DNA of 64,000 nucleotides from a virus. Taxonomy: Duplodnaviria; Caudoviricetes. Of this stretch, positions 9,205-17,476 are shown one piece after another. Both the position numbers and the translations under genes were made by a program. The stretch spans positions 12,210 through 76,209 of IMG/VR virus record IMGVR_UViG_3300012041_000002; one strand, given 5' to 3'. The notes under the pieces were generated by a model that saw only the letters and a program-made list of their open reading frames with translations, made no database searches and was not told the DNA's origin. Each line of letters begins with the position of its first letter. Within the stretch, counting starts at the first letter, position 1.

Positions 9205-9818
9205 TGAGCAAAATTTACCTGGATAGCTTCGATATAGAGGTAGAAAAGGCAGTGCTCATAGATTCTATTGCGAAGAAAAACGACGCCTTCTGGCGTGAAA
9301 ATACGTATATCGCAGCCGAGGTGAGTGCTGCTCTGGCTAATAATCAGTTTGTGTCTCTGGAGAGGGCAGAAAGGTTCCTGCACCGTATGGTACACAAGTA
9401 TCGTAGGGAAATAGCGGTGGGGTTCAATAGTCGGGGAGAGTATGCGTTCAACATTACGGGTGGGGAGTATTCGATAGAAATCCCGGACTCCATGATGGAG
9501 GAGATAAAGGAGGGAGGGGTGCTTACGCATTCTCACCCGGACGATGAGCCACTGAGCTGGAACGATATTTACTCCTCGGCAATTTGGGGGCTGTGGGAAA
9601 TCAGAGCCGTTACACCGTGCGGTACGGTTCACACTATATCGGCTCCCACCAATCTTGGTGGGAAGATTAGGGCTTTAGAAAAATTTGTGGAGGAACATGG
9701 TTGCAGTATGTACACCACCGAACGAATCCTAACAATCTTCGCCCAGGAACATAATCTGCATTACACAACATTACACATAGGAGGGGGTATTGAACACGAA
9801 TCTGGAAACCACGGCTAG
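9204..9818 (+). CDS. JAB/MPN-like metal-binding protein
   Basis: E..VGF (REIAVGF) ... THSHPDDEPLSWND = HxH-x6-S-x2-D JAMM-like motif. Confidence 0.6.
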   Translation: MSKIYLDSFDIEVEKAVLIDSIAKKNDAFWRENTYIAAEVSAALANNQFVSLERAERFLHRMVHKYRREIAVGFNSRGEYAFNITGGEYSIEIPDSMMEEIKEGGVLTHSHPDDEPLSWNDIYSSAIWGLWEIRAVTPCGTVHTISAPTNLGGKIRALEKFVEEHGCSMYTTERILTIFAQEHNLHYTTLHIGGGIEHESGNHG

Positions 9819-10191
9819 TCACATGGAAGCCAGCTACAATCTTGGGTATGAAACCGCGAAGAAGGATTATGAGTATGGCCCACCCATCTTCAACAACTAC
9901 TCGTGGTTTATTCGCAGGAAGATGACACTTTTACCAGTTCCCACAAGCTACGACGATTTTTGCCGTGGCTACACACAGTTTATCCGAGAGCAAACCACTT
10001 ACCTTGCTTACAAAGATGATACAGGGGAGGTTTACGTATTCCATGACATAGCAACCGACACCTTCGGGTACGACATTATATTCACCCCGCAGAACCGGAC
10101 TGCCTACTCAGCAGGGCAAACTACGGGGTTCAACACAACCTACTTCGCCGAACTGGAAGGTAGGAAAATTCTAGCATTAGGAGCAAGCTAA
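9790..10191 (+). CDS. hypothetical protein
   Basis: GGAGG RBS before TTG; fills the gap. Confidence 0.6.
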   Translation: MNTNLETTASHMEASYNLGYETAKKDYEYGPPIFNNYSWFIRRKMTLLPVPTSYDDFCRGYTQFIREQTTYLAYKDDTGEVYVFHDIATDTFGYDIIFTPQNRTAYSAGQTTGFNTTYFAELEGRKILALGAS

Positions 10192-10192
10192 C

Positions 10193-10828
10193 ATGGCAGA
10201 TACATTTGGAGCCACCACAGAAGCAACAATCAACCCGAACGCCTTGAAACCTCCCGTACCGGCCCTGTACGGGGGCCGGGGGCTACGCCCGCTGGCGGAG
10301 ATACAAGAGGACTTGAAACGCCCCATACCGGCAGAGCTACTCTTCTGGAAACCCGGTAAGGGTGGCAGCAAAATGCTACTCTACTGGCCCTGGTGGGTTG
10401 GTGTCCGGGCATTCGACAAGATGGCCCCCGGGTGGAGTTTGGAACTCTCCTCACCGGTAATCTCCTCCGACGGGCACGTTTCGATAGTCGCCAAAGTGTT
10501 CATACCCTGTCTGGAAAATTCCTACCCGGGGTTCTTCAAATCCTCGAGCGGGGGTGATTACGAGGGAACCAAAGAGGCCCAGCAGGTGCAGGGCAGCAGC
10601 GGAACGTACACCAAGGAAGCCACTTTTGGCAAGGGATTTGACCCGGTTCTGGACGCCGAACGGCAGGCAATGTGCCGGGCTATGTCCAACTGGGGGTTCG
10701 GCTTTGATTTGTACGTACCGGAGAAGCTCAGGTTACACAAGTGGGTTGAGCCACCCCCGCCAGATGATGAGCCGTGGAAATACCCCAATCGCCAGCAGGG
10801 GGGGAGCTACAAGGGTAAGGGGCGTTAG
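10193..10828 (+). CDS. Rad52/Rad22-family single-strand annealing protein
   Basis: LKRPIP..LL.Y.PW...RAFD..APGWS.E...AERQAMCRAMSNWGFGFDLY (Rad52 signature A.KRA...G.G..LY). Confidence 0.8.
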   Translation: MADTFGATTEATINPNALKPPVPALYGGRGLRPLAEIQEDLKRPIPAELLFWKPGKGGSKMLLYWPWWVGVRAFDKMAPGWSLELSSPVISSDGHVSIVAKVFIPCLENSYPGFFKSSSGGDYEGTKEAQQVQGSSGTYTKEATFGKGFDPVLDAERQAMCRAMSNWGFGFDLYVPEKLRLHKWVEPPPPDDEPWKYPNRQQGGSYKGKGR

Positions 10829-11089
10829 ATGGCTACCAAAACCATCACAGTATGTGACTTTTGTGGAGAGGTGTTGGAGGAAAAGCGGGCGGTGATTGAG
10901 GTAAAGTCTACCGAAATTGTGCTCAATCCGCACAATGGGATAGCGGATAATATGTACGAGGAGCTGGATATGTGTATGTATTGTGTAGAGTATGGGCTAG
11001 AACACCTTCTCAAACAAATCAATTACCAGCAGACAGTCGAATGGAGAACTTCCCTGAAAAATAAATGCGACGATAGAATCTACTCCTAA
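10829..11089 (+). CDS. small zinc-ribbon protein
   Basis: TVCDFCG...DMCMYC. Confidence 0.7.
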   Translation: MATKTITVCDFCGEVLEEKRAVIEVKSTEIVLNPHNGIADNMYEELDMCMYCVEYGLEHLLKQINYQQTVEWRTSLKNKCDDRIYS

Positions 11090-11111
11090 CCACCAATATC
11101 CATTACTTAGT

Positions 11112-11140
11112 ACCCCCGAGCGCATTGCTCGGGGGTTTTT
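11112..11140 (+). terminator. intrinsic terminator ending the early gene run
   Basis: ACCCCCGAGC-GCATT-GCTCGGGGGT stem followed by TTTT. Confidence 0.85.
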
Positions 11141-11218
11141 GTATCTCTGAAAGGGGGTGGTTTATGAAAGGGTAACCTCGTCGGCAGTATCAGCAACACT
11201 AACATAAAGGAGAAAATC

Positions 11219-11854
11219 GTGCAGTTCAAATCGACAGCCAGAAAGTTCCTGGCATTAATCCTGGGTGTGTCTGCCCTGGCCGGTATCGCGCACCCGTATA
11301 GTGCGCAAGCAGAGGCAGAGCAGCCCCAGTCTCCGGGCTTTACCACCGAAACAAAGCCTATAGACGACCCGAACATTATGCGCCTCACAGTACAATTCAA
11401 CTTGCAGGGGTTACCCCAGGGGATTATTTGTGACTCCAGGCGCAGCACAAGGTTCGTAGCCATTCAGTTTACTCTGAACGGTAACATTTACGATTGGTAC
11501 CCTCAAACCGACTGTTTGGGTAGGGCCGAGGTTGACTTACCCAATGGATACGGGCAGTTCGAATTATGGGCCAAGGCGGATTCGTGGTTGGCGGCTCGTG
11601 GCTCATTCACATGGCCCGGCCCAGGCTATAACCTCGTTATAATCAGTGACCCGCTAGATGGTGGGGATGCGAACGCCGACAACATCATAAACATTGTTGA
11701 CTTCAATGTTTATGTGAACACGTTTGGGTGTTCCTGGGTGGATTCATGTTACCAGCTCTTCGCCGATATTGACAGAAACCACTTCATCAGTGTGACGGAC
11801 TTCAACATCTTCCAGGGAAACCATGGAAATGCTGGCGCACCACCGATACACTAA
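11219..11854 (+). CDS. secreted protein with C-terminal type I dockerin-like domain
   Basis: Signal peptide (K/R, hydrophobic core, AQA); duplicated EF-hand-like GDANADNIINIVDF..F / ADIDRNHFISVTDF..F. Confidence 0.8.
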   Translation: MQFKSTARKFLALILGVSALAGIAHPYSAQAEAEQPQSPGFTTETKPIDDPNIMRLTVQFNLQGLPQGIICDSRRSTRFVAIQFTLNGNIYDWYPQTDCLGRAEVDLPNGYGQFELWAKADSWLAARGSFTWPGPGYNLVIISDPLDGGDANADNIINIVDFNVYVNTFGCSWVDSCYQLFADIDRNHFISVTDFNIFQGNHGNAGAPPIH

Positions 11855-11860
11855 CACGTT

Positions 11861-11890
11861 TTGATAGTCTCGTAGCTCATGTGGTACAAT
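11861..11890 (+). promoter_or_regulatory. sigma70-type promoter
   Basis: TTGATA-18-TACAAT with TGn extension; CTCATGTGGTA recurs at 12117-12127 in front of TATACT. Confidence 0.6.
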
Positions 11891-11918
11891 TATCCTTGAA
11901 TCCCTTGGAGGTATACAC

Positions 11919-12101
11919 ATGAGCTACAAACTAACCATATCCGCGGCACTGGTGTTGGTGCTGGTAACTGTATTGGCCGGGTGCAATATCCAACCCCCAC
12001 TCACAGTATCTAGTAGGTTGGTACCTGCGCGTTATACGTATATGGTTCCGACACCGGGGCCGACAATTCCAGAGGCAATAGAAACAGGGGAGCCCAAATA
12101 A
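11919..12101 (+). CDS. small lipoprotein
   Basis: Hydrophobic stretch ending in lipobox LAGC; GGAGG RBS. Confidence 0.75.
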   Translation: MSYKLTISAALVLVLVTVLAGCNIQPPLTVSSRLVPARYTYMVPTPGPTIPEAIETGEPK

Positions 12102-12160
12102 TAGCAATTCCTGCAACTCATGTGGTATACTGTTTCCCAAATCTTACGGAGGGTAGATAC

Positions 12161-12328
12161 ATGGATTGCAGGGACTGTTCACGCTGCCATGAACGAGCGG
12201 CTATAGGAATGTCAATGGGGTGCATTCGCGTAATGTGGGCCCTGACAACCATTCCGTTCTGGATTGACTTATTCAGGAAAAAGTGCCCGTACTGCGGGCA
12301 CCCCATTAGTTGGCACAAGTTTGTATAG
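12161..12328 (+). CDS. small Cys-rich protein with a hydrophobic core
   Basis: GGAGG RBS before ATG 12161; CRDCSRC...CPYCGH. Confidence 0.6.
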   Translation: MDCRDCSRCHERAAIGMSMGCIRVMWALTTIPFWIDLFRKKCPYCGHPISWHKFV

Positions 12329-12337
12329 GAGAAAATA

Positions 12338-12610
12338 ATGCCTCAGTATAAAGTTCTGGACAAAAATGCTCTGCGCAGGTTCAGTAAAGAAGCCGAGAAG
12401 CGTGGGATAACGGGCGCCAGTGTGGAGAGGCTTGATAAGCTGCTAGAGAAACAGCCCGACGATACCCTGTACCCTATTGGCTTTTCGTACCTGCATAATG
12501 ACAAAGATGTGAGGTGTTCGGTAACACTCAACGAAGATAGCGAATCTGTGCTACTGGACATTCCTCTGCAAAACTTCAACCACCTGCCAAGTGTAGAGGT
12601 TGATGAATGA
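12338..12610 (+). CDS. hypothetical protein
   Basis: AGGAG RBS. Confidence 0.7.
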   Translation: MPQYKVLDKNALRRFSKEAEKRGITGASVERLDKLLEKQPDDTLYPIGFSYLHNDKDVRCSVTLNEDSESVLLDIPLQNFNHLPSVEVDE

Positions 12611-12879
12611 TGGAAATGACAGTCGAAGAGGCAATATCTCACCTAAACTACAGTCTTGCGGTTGGTTATGAAGAGGATACTAAGCCTCACACCTTGCAAG
12701 AGCTAGATGCTATAGCATACTTAGTGTTGTCAAAAGAGATGCTCCGACTGCGAGGGATAATCTGCAAGGCCGGGGTTATGATGAGAGAGGCTGGTGTCAA
12801 TAGTGGTAGATACACAGACGAAGTGCTCGCCGAATCCACCAAGTATGACAGATACGGAAAAATAAAGGGAGGGGGCTAA
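12607..12879 (+). CDS. hypothetical protein
   Basis: ATGA overlap; last gene of the + block. Confidence 0.65.
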   Translation: MMEMTVEEAISHLNYSLAVGYEEDTKPHTLQELDAIAYLVLSKEMLRLRGIICKAGVMMREAGVNSGRYTDEVLAESTKYDRYGKIKGGG

Positions 12880-12890
12880 TTAGCCCCCTC
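12869..12890. terminator. perfect 22-bp palindrome at the convergence of the + and - blocks (probable bidirectional terminator)
   Basis: GAGGGGGCTAATTAGCCCCCTC. Confidence 0.6.
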
Positions 12891-12894
12891 TTCC

Positions 12895-13176
12895 TCATCC
12901 TGCCAAGTCTATCACCCTCTCGTGCATGTACTCCTTGGCTGCGGTGTACAGGGCGCCCTCTGCTTCACTGTCAATCCACTCCAATTGGGTGGCCCCATCG
13001 TGCCCGTGGACATCAATGGCAGCCGCGATACTATCGAAAATAACATACGAGCGGTTATCCCCTACACACCAGCGCATCGCCACACGCCCGTCGGAGAACT
13101 CAACACCCTCCACAACCACCCCCGGGCCGGAGTAGCCGCTGATGTCCTGATACCGAACGAATACAAACCTACGCAC
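12895..13176 (-). CDS. conserved phage hypothetical protein
   Basis: F.FVR..DISG.SG.G.V.EGVEFSDG.V..RW..S...DVHGH.G.T motif seen in actinobacterial phages. Confidence 0.75.
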   Translation of the reverse strand: MRRFVFVRYQDISGYSGPGVVVEGVEFSDGRVAMRWCVGDNRSYVIFDSIAAAIDVHGHDGATQLEWIDSEAEGALYTAAKEYMHERVIDLAG

Positions 13177-13883
13177 TATCCTTCCTCCAATAACTTATAG
13201 TCACCTTCTACGATGTCCATATACTCAGGCATACGCTCCTTACGCCTGCGAGAGCCGCTGATGAGCCTCTCGTAAAGCCCCCGGGCCACCATCTCCAACG
13301 CCTGCTTACCACTGACAGGCTCACCACCGTCGAGTAGCTGACTGACGCGGGCAATCTCCTCGATGATAATCATGGCGTCGGAGTCGAGCTGCTGCACCAT
13401 AATCACCTGCGTGTCCGACAACTGCCCCAGAGCCTTCATGAGGGTGGTAATCTGGGCGTTGAGGGTTTCGCCACCTTTGAACGCTGCATTCCACTTGAGC
13501 GGGTCACCAGTTTTGAGAGGTAGCCGGCCACATTCACGGCACCGGCCAAAGTGCTCATCATGTTCCCAGTCACCGTGAAACCCAATCTCGGCTTGCAGGG
13601 CATTCTGCAAAAACTCCGTCCTACGGATGGCACGCTTGATTACATCGAACGTATCCATGGCCTTTTCGAACGCAGCATCGCGCTTATCCTGGGCCACGTC
13701 CGAGGCCGGCTCAATCATTTTTTTCGTAAGCCTGCCCAGCCTCTCCAACTGCTCCTTGTACCGGAACACCGTTTTCGAAGAGATACCCAATTCCTCGGCA
13801 ATCTGTGGGTACGTCATGCCCTTGCCAATCATTTCCTCAATCATGCCGAGGCGTACTGTGTCATAATTGTCGCCTGTTGCCAA
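13176..13883 (-). CDS. HTH + coiled-coil protein, candidate terminase small subunit
   Basis: N-terminal HTH GMTYPQIAEELGISSKTVFRY, helical middle, acidic tail. Confidence 0.5.
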   Translation of the reverse strand: MATGDNYDTVRLGMIEEMIGKGMTYPQIAEELGISSKTVFRYKEQLERLGRLTKKMIEPASDVAQDKRDAAFEKAMDTFDVIKRAIRRTEFLQNALQAEIGFHGDWEHDEHFGRCRECGRLPLKTGDPLKWNAAFKGGETLNAQITTLMKALGQLSDTQVIMVQQLDSDAMIIIEEIARVSQLLDGGEPVSGKQALEMVARGLYERLISGSRRRKERMPEYMDIVEGDYKLLEEG

Positions 13884-13894
13884 TGCTTCCTCCC

Positions 13895-14179
13895 CTACTC
13901 TAGGGTATCTATACCCATATGGCGCTTGAGTCTGTTGACTTTCTCGGCCAAATCCTTACGGTGGGCCAACTCCACAAACTCAATCAACTCGGCCAGCTCT
14001 TGCGACACATAGGCTGCACACGCCAGCCACCCCCAGGCCATCGTGGAGCGCTTTACCCCACGGCTATCCCGCGTGCGCAGGATTGGAGCCATATCCTTCC
14101 ACACCGTTACAAAACCCTTGTGTCGCAGCTGGAAGTGCCGGAACTCCTCGTCGGTTATGAACTGTATTGGCCTACCCAT
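13895..14179 (-). CDS. hypothetical protein
   Basis: GGAG RBS before ATG 14179 (MGRPIQ...). Confidence 0.6.
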   Translation of the reverse strand: MGRPIQFITDEEFRHFQLRHKGFVTVWKDMAPILRTRDSRGVKRSTMAWGWLACAAYVSQELAELIEFVELAHRKDLAEKVNRLKRHMGIDTLE

Positions 14180-14525
14180 ATGGTAGCTTCTCCGGGGATA
14201 CTTGCTGCACAAAAGTTTGAATGCTGTACGATTTGCCCTCTTGCACATGGTAGAAGTTGTCGACAGGGCAGATGTACAGTTTATAGTCCCGCTCCGTGTA
14301 TCGAACCTGATACTTGTTCCACAGGTACTGACGAGCCAACTCGGCAGCTTTCATATAATCCTCAGCCACTATGGGAAAGGAGTTGAACTCAACTATGTCC
14401 TGGGTGTTTATGGGGGCAATTGCCGGTGGGACGGTAACCTGAACAGCCTCCACACGAATCGGTGGGAGTACAGTCACGCGCTTGTACACGGCATAGTTGG
14501 CTATGTAAAGTTTTAGTTTGTCCAT
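14172..14525 (-). CDS. hypothetical protein
   Basis: ATG 14525 (MDKLKLY...), overlaps the next gene. Confidence 0.6.
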   Translation of the reverse strand: MDKLKLYIANYAVYKRVTVLPPIRVEAVQVTVPPAIAPINTQDIVEFNSFPIVAEDYMKAAELARQYLWNKYQVRYTERDYKLYICPVDNFYHVQEGKSYSIQTFVQQVSPEKLPYG

Positions 14526-14613
14526 GTTGCCAACACCACAATTGTTCCAATAGCTATGGCCCATACGATAATACTAATAGCTATGATTTGAAGTACATTC
14601 AGCCTATCTTTAC

Positions 14614-16536
14614 TCATCGTGCCTCCGGCAAAATATAGTTGGTGGTGAGGGGGAAGTTAGTCCTAAAGTTGGGCATAACCCCGCTTGTCACCAGCATCAC
14701 TCCGATATAAACAGGCATTCCGCCTATGTTCTCACCCTCCGGGCCGACTATTCGAACTATGCCAACCTCGCCATCGTCGTCGGTGGAAATTTGTGACGTG
14801 TCAACACGTAAGTCTAGGCGCTGTATCCCACCAACTGCCGGTGGAAACACCGTGCCCTCTGACGGAGATACACTCAGCCAGTCTCCAGCGTCGCCCAGTA
14901 CCTCGGCCTGCCAACTCTGCTCACTGGCCGCGGCATTGTACAGATAGGTGGTGAAAGTGTAGATGCCGGTGGAACGGGCGTCTATGCGCACATTGTTAGA
15001 CGTGACATTCACCATACCGTGTGCCTCGTGTGGGGCAGGGGTTGGGAATCTGGGACTGAATGAGGTTTCAGTCTCTAGCTGGAAGTTAGAAAGTTGTGCG
15101 TTTTGCGCACGAACGTATATCTGGTTCAGCCCCGAGTATAATTTGCCCGGAGGTATCTCGACATAATTCAGATGCTCCAGATAGCATGGTGTGCCTGTAC
15201 ACGAACGTACCGGCACGTCAATCCAGCCGGTGGTGTTCACCTTTACCTGTATACTGCCGGAGTCAGCGTTACCCACGAACAGTAATCGTGTTCGACGTTC
15301 AAGTTGCGGTTCTCCGGGCCACCAGATAAAGATGCGGCGCTCACGAAGGCTGCTGAAATCCAGCCTCGGGCAGTCCTGCACCCTGTCAACTTCCATGCGT
15401 GTAACCGGAGGGCAGCCCTGATACCCAGTCACTGCGGTGCCCAGAGAGGTGCCGGCAGGCCCATCGAAGATAATATTATCCCAATGCACCACTTGATTGG
15501 CTACAGGTGCGGTTATCCTATCTCTGGCCGAGTACCATGTACGGTGGGCCAGAATAAAGTACCCTCGGGTGAATGGTAGTGGAGCAGGAAATGTCGCCTG
15601 AGCCACAAGCTGCTGGTTTATGTAGAACTTGGCTCCGCGACGGCTAACCTCAATCTTTACAGGTAGCCTGATATTCACCGGGGTGAAAAGTTCCTGTGTG
15701 GATATATAATTTACTTCCGTTCCGCCCAAATTCAGGCCAATTCCGGGGAAATTGGAAGTATTACCACCCCTGTCAAAACGTGTGGAAAATTCCACCGAGT
15801 TAGGGTGCCCGTCACCCTCGCCGGCGCCAAACTCCTGCGCACTCCAAGGAACATTGTCCTCCCCTACCAGATGTATCTCGGGCCACTTGCCTTCGATGTG
15901 GTGCGTGGCCGAAAAGTCCATCTCGGTAATCAGAGTACGTGTCATATTGTCAGACAAATCCACCTGCACTCGGGGGCGGATGTACAGCTCCCCCCGTTGC
16001 TTGCCGCCGAGCATCTGCGTATGAATGTGGAGCTCCGACACGAACGTTAGGAATTTATCCGCCTGATTGACGCTCTCTGGGCGCTGCCCACTACCATATG
16101 AGGTGCGTATATCGTACAAGTTGCTCGACATAGCCCCGGGTACTGCTTCGTTGAAATTGTCGTTGAAGGCTTCATTCGGCAAATGTGTGGGGGCAGAGGT
16201 GTACTCCATGACACTTCCACCAAAGATTCTGGTACCGTCAGGCGACAGGCCGGACACCGTAACCGTGTACGGGTGCATAGGTTCCAGCCCATTCGCCTGT
16301 ATAGCCCGGGCGTTGCCGGAGGTAATCTTCGACTGTTGTAGCTCCCCGGTGGAGGCATCATGCACCTCGAGCAGGGTGAACTGCTGGCTATTCGTGCCGC
16401 CTATGTCAACGTGCAGGGTGGAGTCGAGAGCCACCACCCCGAGAATAATTGGCGGGGAGGGTGCTGCCCCCGCTAATGCAATCAGTAGAACCGGCAAAAC
16501 TCCGGCTAATATAACCAAGCGCCCTAATTTGCTCAT
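14614..16536 (-). CDS. large secreted beta-rich protein (Fn3-like, lectin/ConA-like and BACON-like segments)
   Basis: Signal peptide MSKLGRLVILAGVLPVLLIALAGAA; GLEPMHPYTVTVSG (Fn3 LxPxxxY); WQAEV..DWLSVSPSEG (BACON); GGAGG RBS. Confidence 0.7.
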   Translation of the reverse strand: MSKLGRLVILAGVLPVLLIALAGAAPSPPIILGVVALDSTLHVDIGGTNSQQFTLLEVHDASTGELQQSKITSGNARAIQANGLEPMHPYTVTVSGLSPDGTRIFGGSVMEYTSAPTHLPNEAFNDNFNEAVPGAMSSNLYDIRTSYGSGQRPESVNQADKFLTFVSELHIHTQMLGGKQRGELYIRPRVQVDLSDNMTRTLITEMDFSATHHIEGKWPEIHLVGEDNVPWSAQEFGAGEGDGHPNSVEFSTRFDRGGNTSNFPGIGLNLGGTEVNYISTQELFTPVNIRLPVKIEVSRRGAKFYINQQLVAQATFPAPLPFTRGYFILAHRTWYSARDRITAPVANQVVHWDNIIFDGPAGTSLGTAVTGYQGCPPVTRMEVDRVQDCPRLDFSSLRERRIFIWWPGEPQLERRTRLLFVGNADSGSIQVKVNTTGWIDVPVRSCTGTPCYLEHLNYVEIPPGKLYSGLNQIYVRAQNAQLSNFQLETETSFSPRFPTPAPHEAHGMVNVTSNNVRIDARSTGIYTFTTYLYNAAASEQSWQAEVLGDAGDWLSVSPSEGTVFPPAVGGIQRLDLRVDTSQISTDDDGEVGIVRIVGPEGENIGGMPVYIGVMLVTSGVMPNFRTNFPLTTNYILPEAR

Positions 16537-16537
16537 C

Positions 16538-16915
16538 CTATTCCTCCACCCGGTTGATACTGGCATCGCTGGAAAACTTATCCCCGTACCTCTCGCGTAA
16601 CTTCTTGATATTAGCCCCCATAATCTCCGGCAAAGTGACGTCGATGGTATCCGCGGCCAGGGCCAGGTACCACATCACATCCCCCATCTCTTTCACTACT
16701 TTTTCCTTGTCCAGCGAGTGCCCGTGGATAACGTGTTTCTTCATATGTTCGGTGAATCCACCTGCGTGGGTTACCAAGTTCATAACCGCACACAACAACT
16801 CTGCTGCCTCTCCACTCAGGCCAAATGCGGAAGCCATTAGCTGTTCTTCCGTCGGGGCCACTTTTGCAGTCTGTATCGCCATCCTTTGGTATTCCAGTGC
16901 GCTGCGTATTTCCAT
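16538..16915 (-). CDS. MazG-like nucleoside triphosphate pyrophosphohydrolase
   Basis: GLSGEAAE...EHMKK...KEMGDVMWYLALAA...N..KLRERY. Confidence 0.9.
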   Translation of the reverse strand: MEIRSALEYQRMAIQTAKVAPTEEQLMASAFGLSGEAAELLCAVMNLVTHAGGFTEHMKKHVIHGHSLDKEKVVKEMGDVMWYLALAADTIDVTLPEIMGANIKKLRERYGDKFSSDASINRVEE

Positions 16916-17213
16916 GTGCTTTCCCCTTTCTTCTCCTCTTGGCGCCCACCTTGACGCCTTTGTATGGCACTGCCATCTCCAAATCTATCTCGCCCGACTC
17001 CACCATAGCGTCCAGGCTTATCACACGCCACGAGGTGGCTATACGGTGGCGCTCCCTATCCTTCTCTTGTTTCAAGAACCTCATCCACTCCGGCATAGGG
17101 TGCCCACCATACTGGTGCCAGCACGTCGAACAGAATGGCATGGCTGCGTTGAGCGGTAGTCGAGTGCAGCCGGGTATTGCGCACCTGGCACCATGTAGCT
17201 GTGTCTGATTCAC
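16611..17213 (-). CDS. hypothetical protein with N-terminal Cys motif; 3' half overlaps MazG out of frame
   Basis: CAIPGC...FCSTC; the first ~100 aa fill the gap between 17210 and 16915. Confidence 0.45.
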   Translation of the reverse strand: MNQTQLHGARCAIPGCTRLPLNAAMPFCSTCWHQYGGHPMPEWMRFLKQEKDRERHRIATSWRVISLDAMVESGEIDLEMAVPYKGVKVGAKRRRKGKAHGNTQRTGIPKDGDTDCKSGPDGRTANGFRIWPEWRGSRVVVCGYELGNPRRWIHRTYEETRYPRALAGQGKSSERDGGCDVVPGPGRGYHRRHFAGDYGG

Positions 17214-17476
17214 CAGATAACCCCACCAAGTAGAAACCCAACTACGAGGGCTAACAGGAAACTGTGCATAAACTTGAAGGGGTAATTGCGGAGTGACAGG
17301 TACATGAAATGCCAGTCACCTATCTGTACCCGCCATCGAAACCGCCCTGACGGCTTATCGAACAACCACCTGCCCTTCGTCATGGAGAACCCCCACTTGA
17401 ACAGGAAAAATATCCACCCGTCACGCAGCCTATGGATTTGAATAGGCCCCCAGGTTTCGTGAAACATTTTAGCCAT
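17210..17476 (-). CDS. small Trp/Phe-rich membrane protein
   Basis: GGAGG RBS; C-terminal FLLALVVGFLLGGVIW helix. Confidence 0.65.
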   Translation of the reverse strand: MAKMFHETWGPIQIHRLRDGWIFFLFKWGFSMTKGRWLFDKPSGRFRWRVQIGDWHFMYLSLRNYPFKFMHSFLLALVVGFLLGGVIW

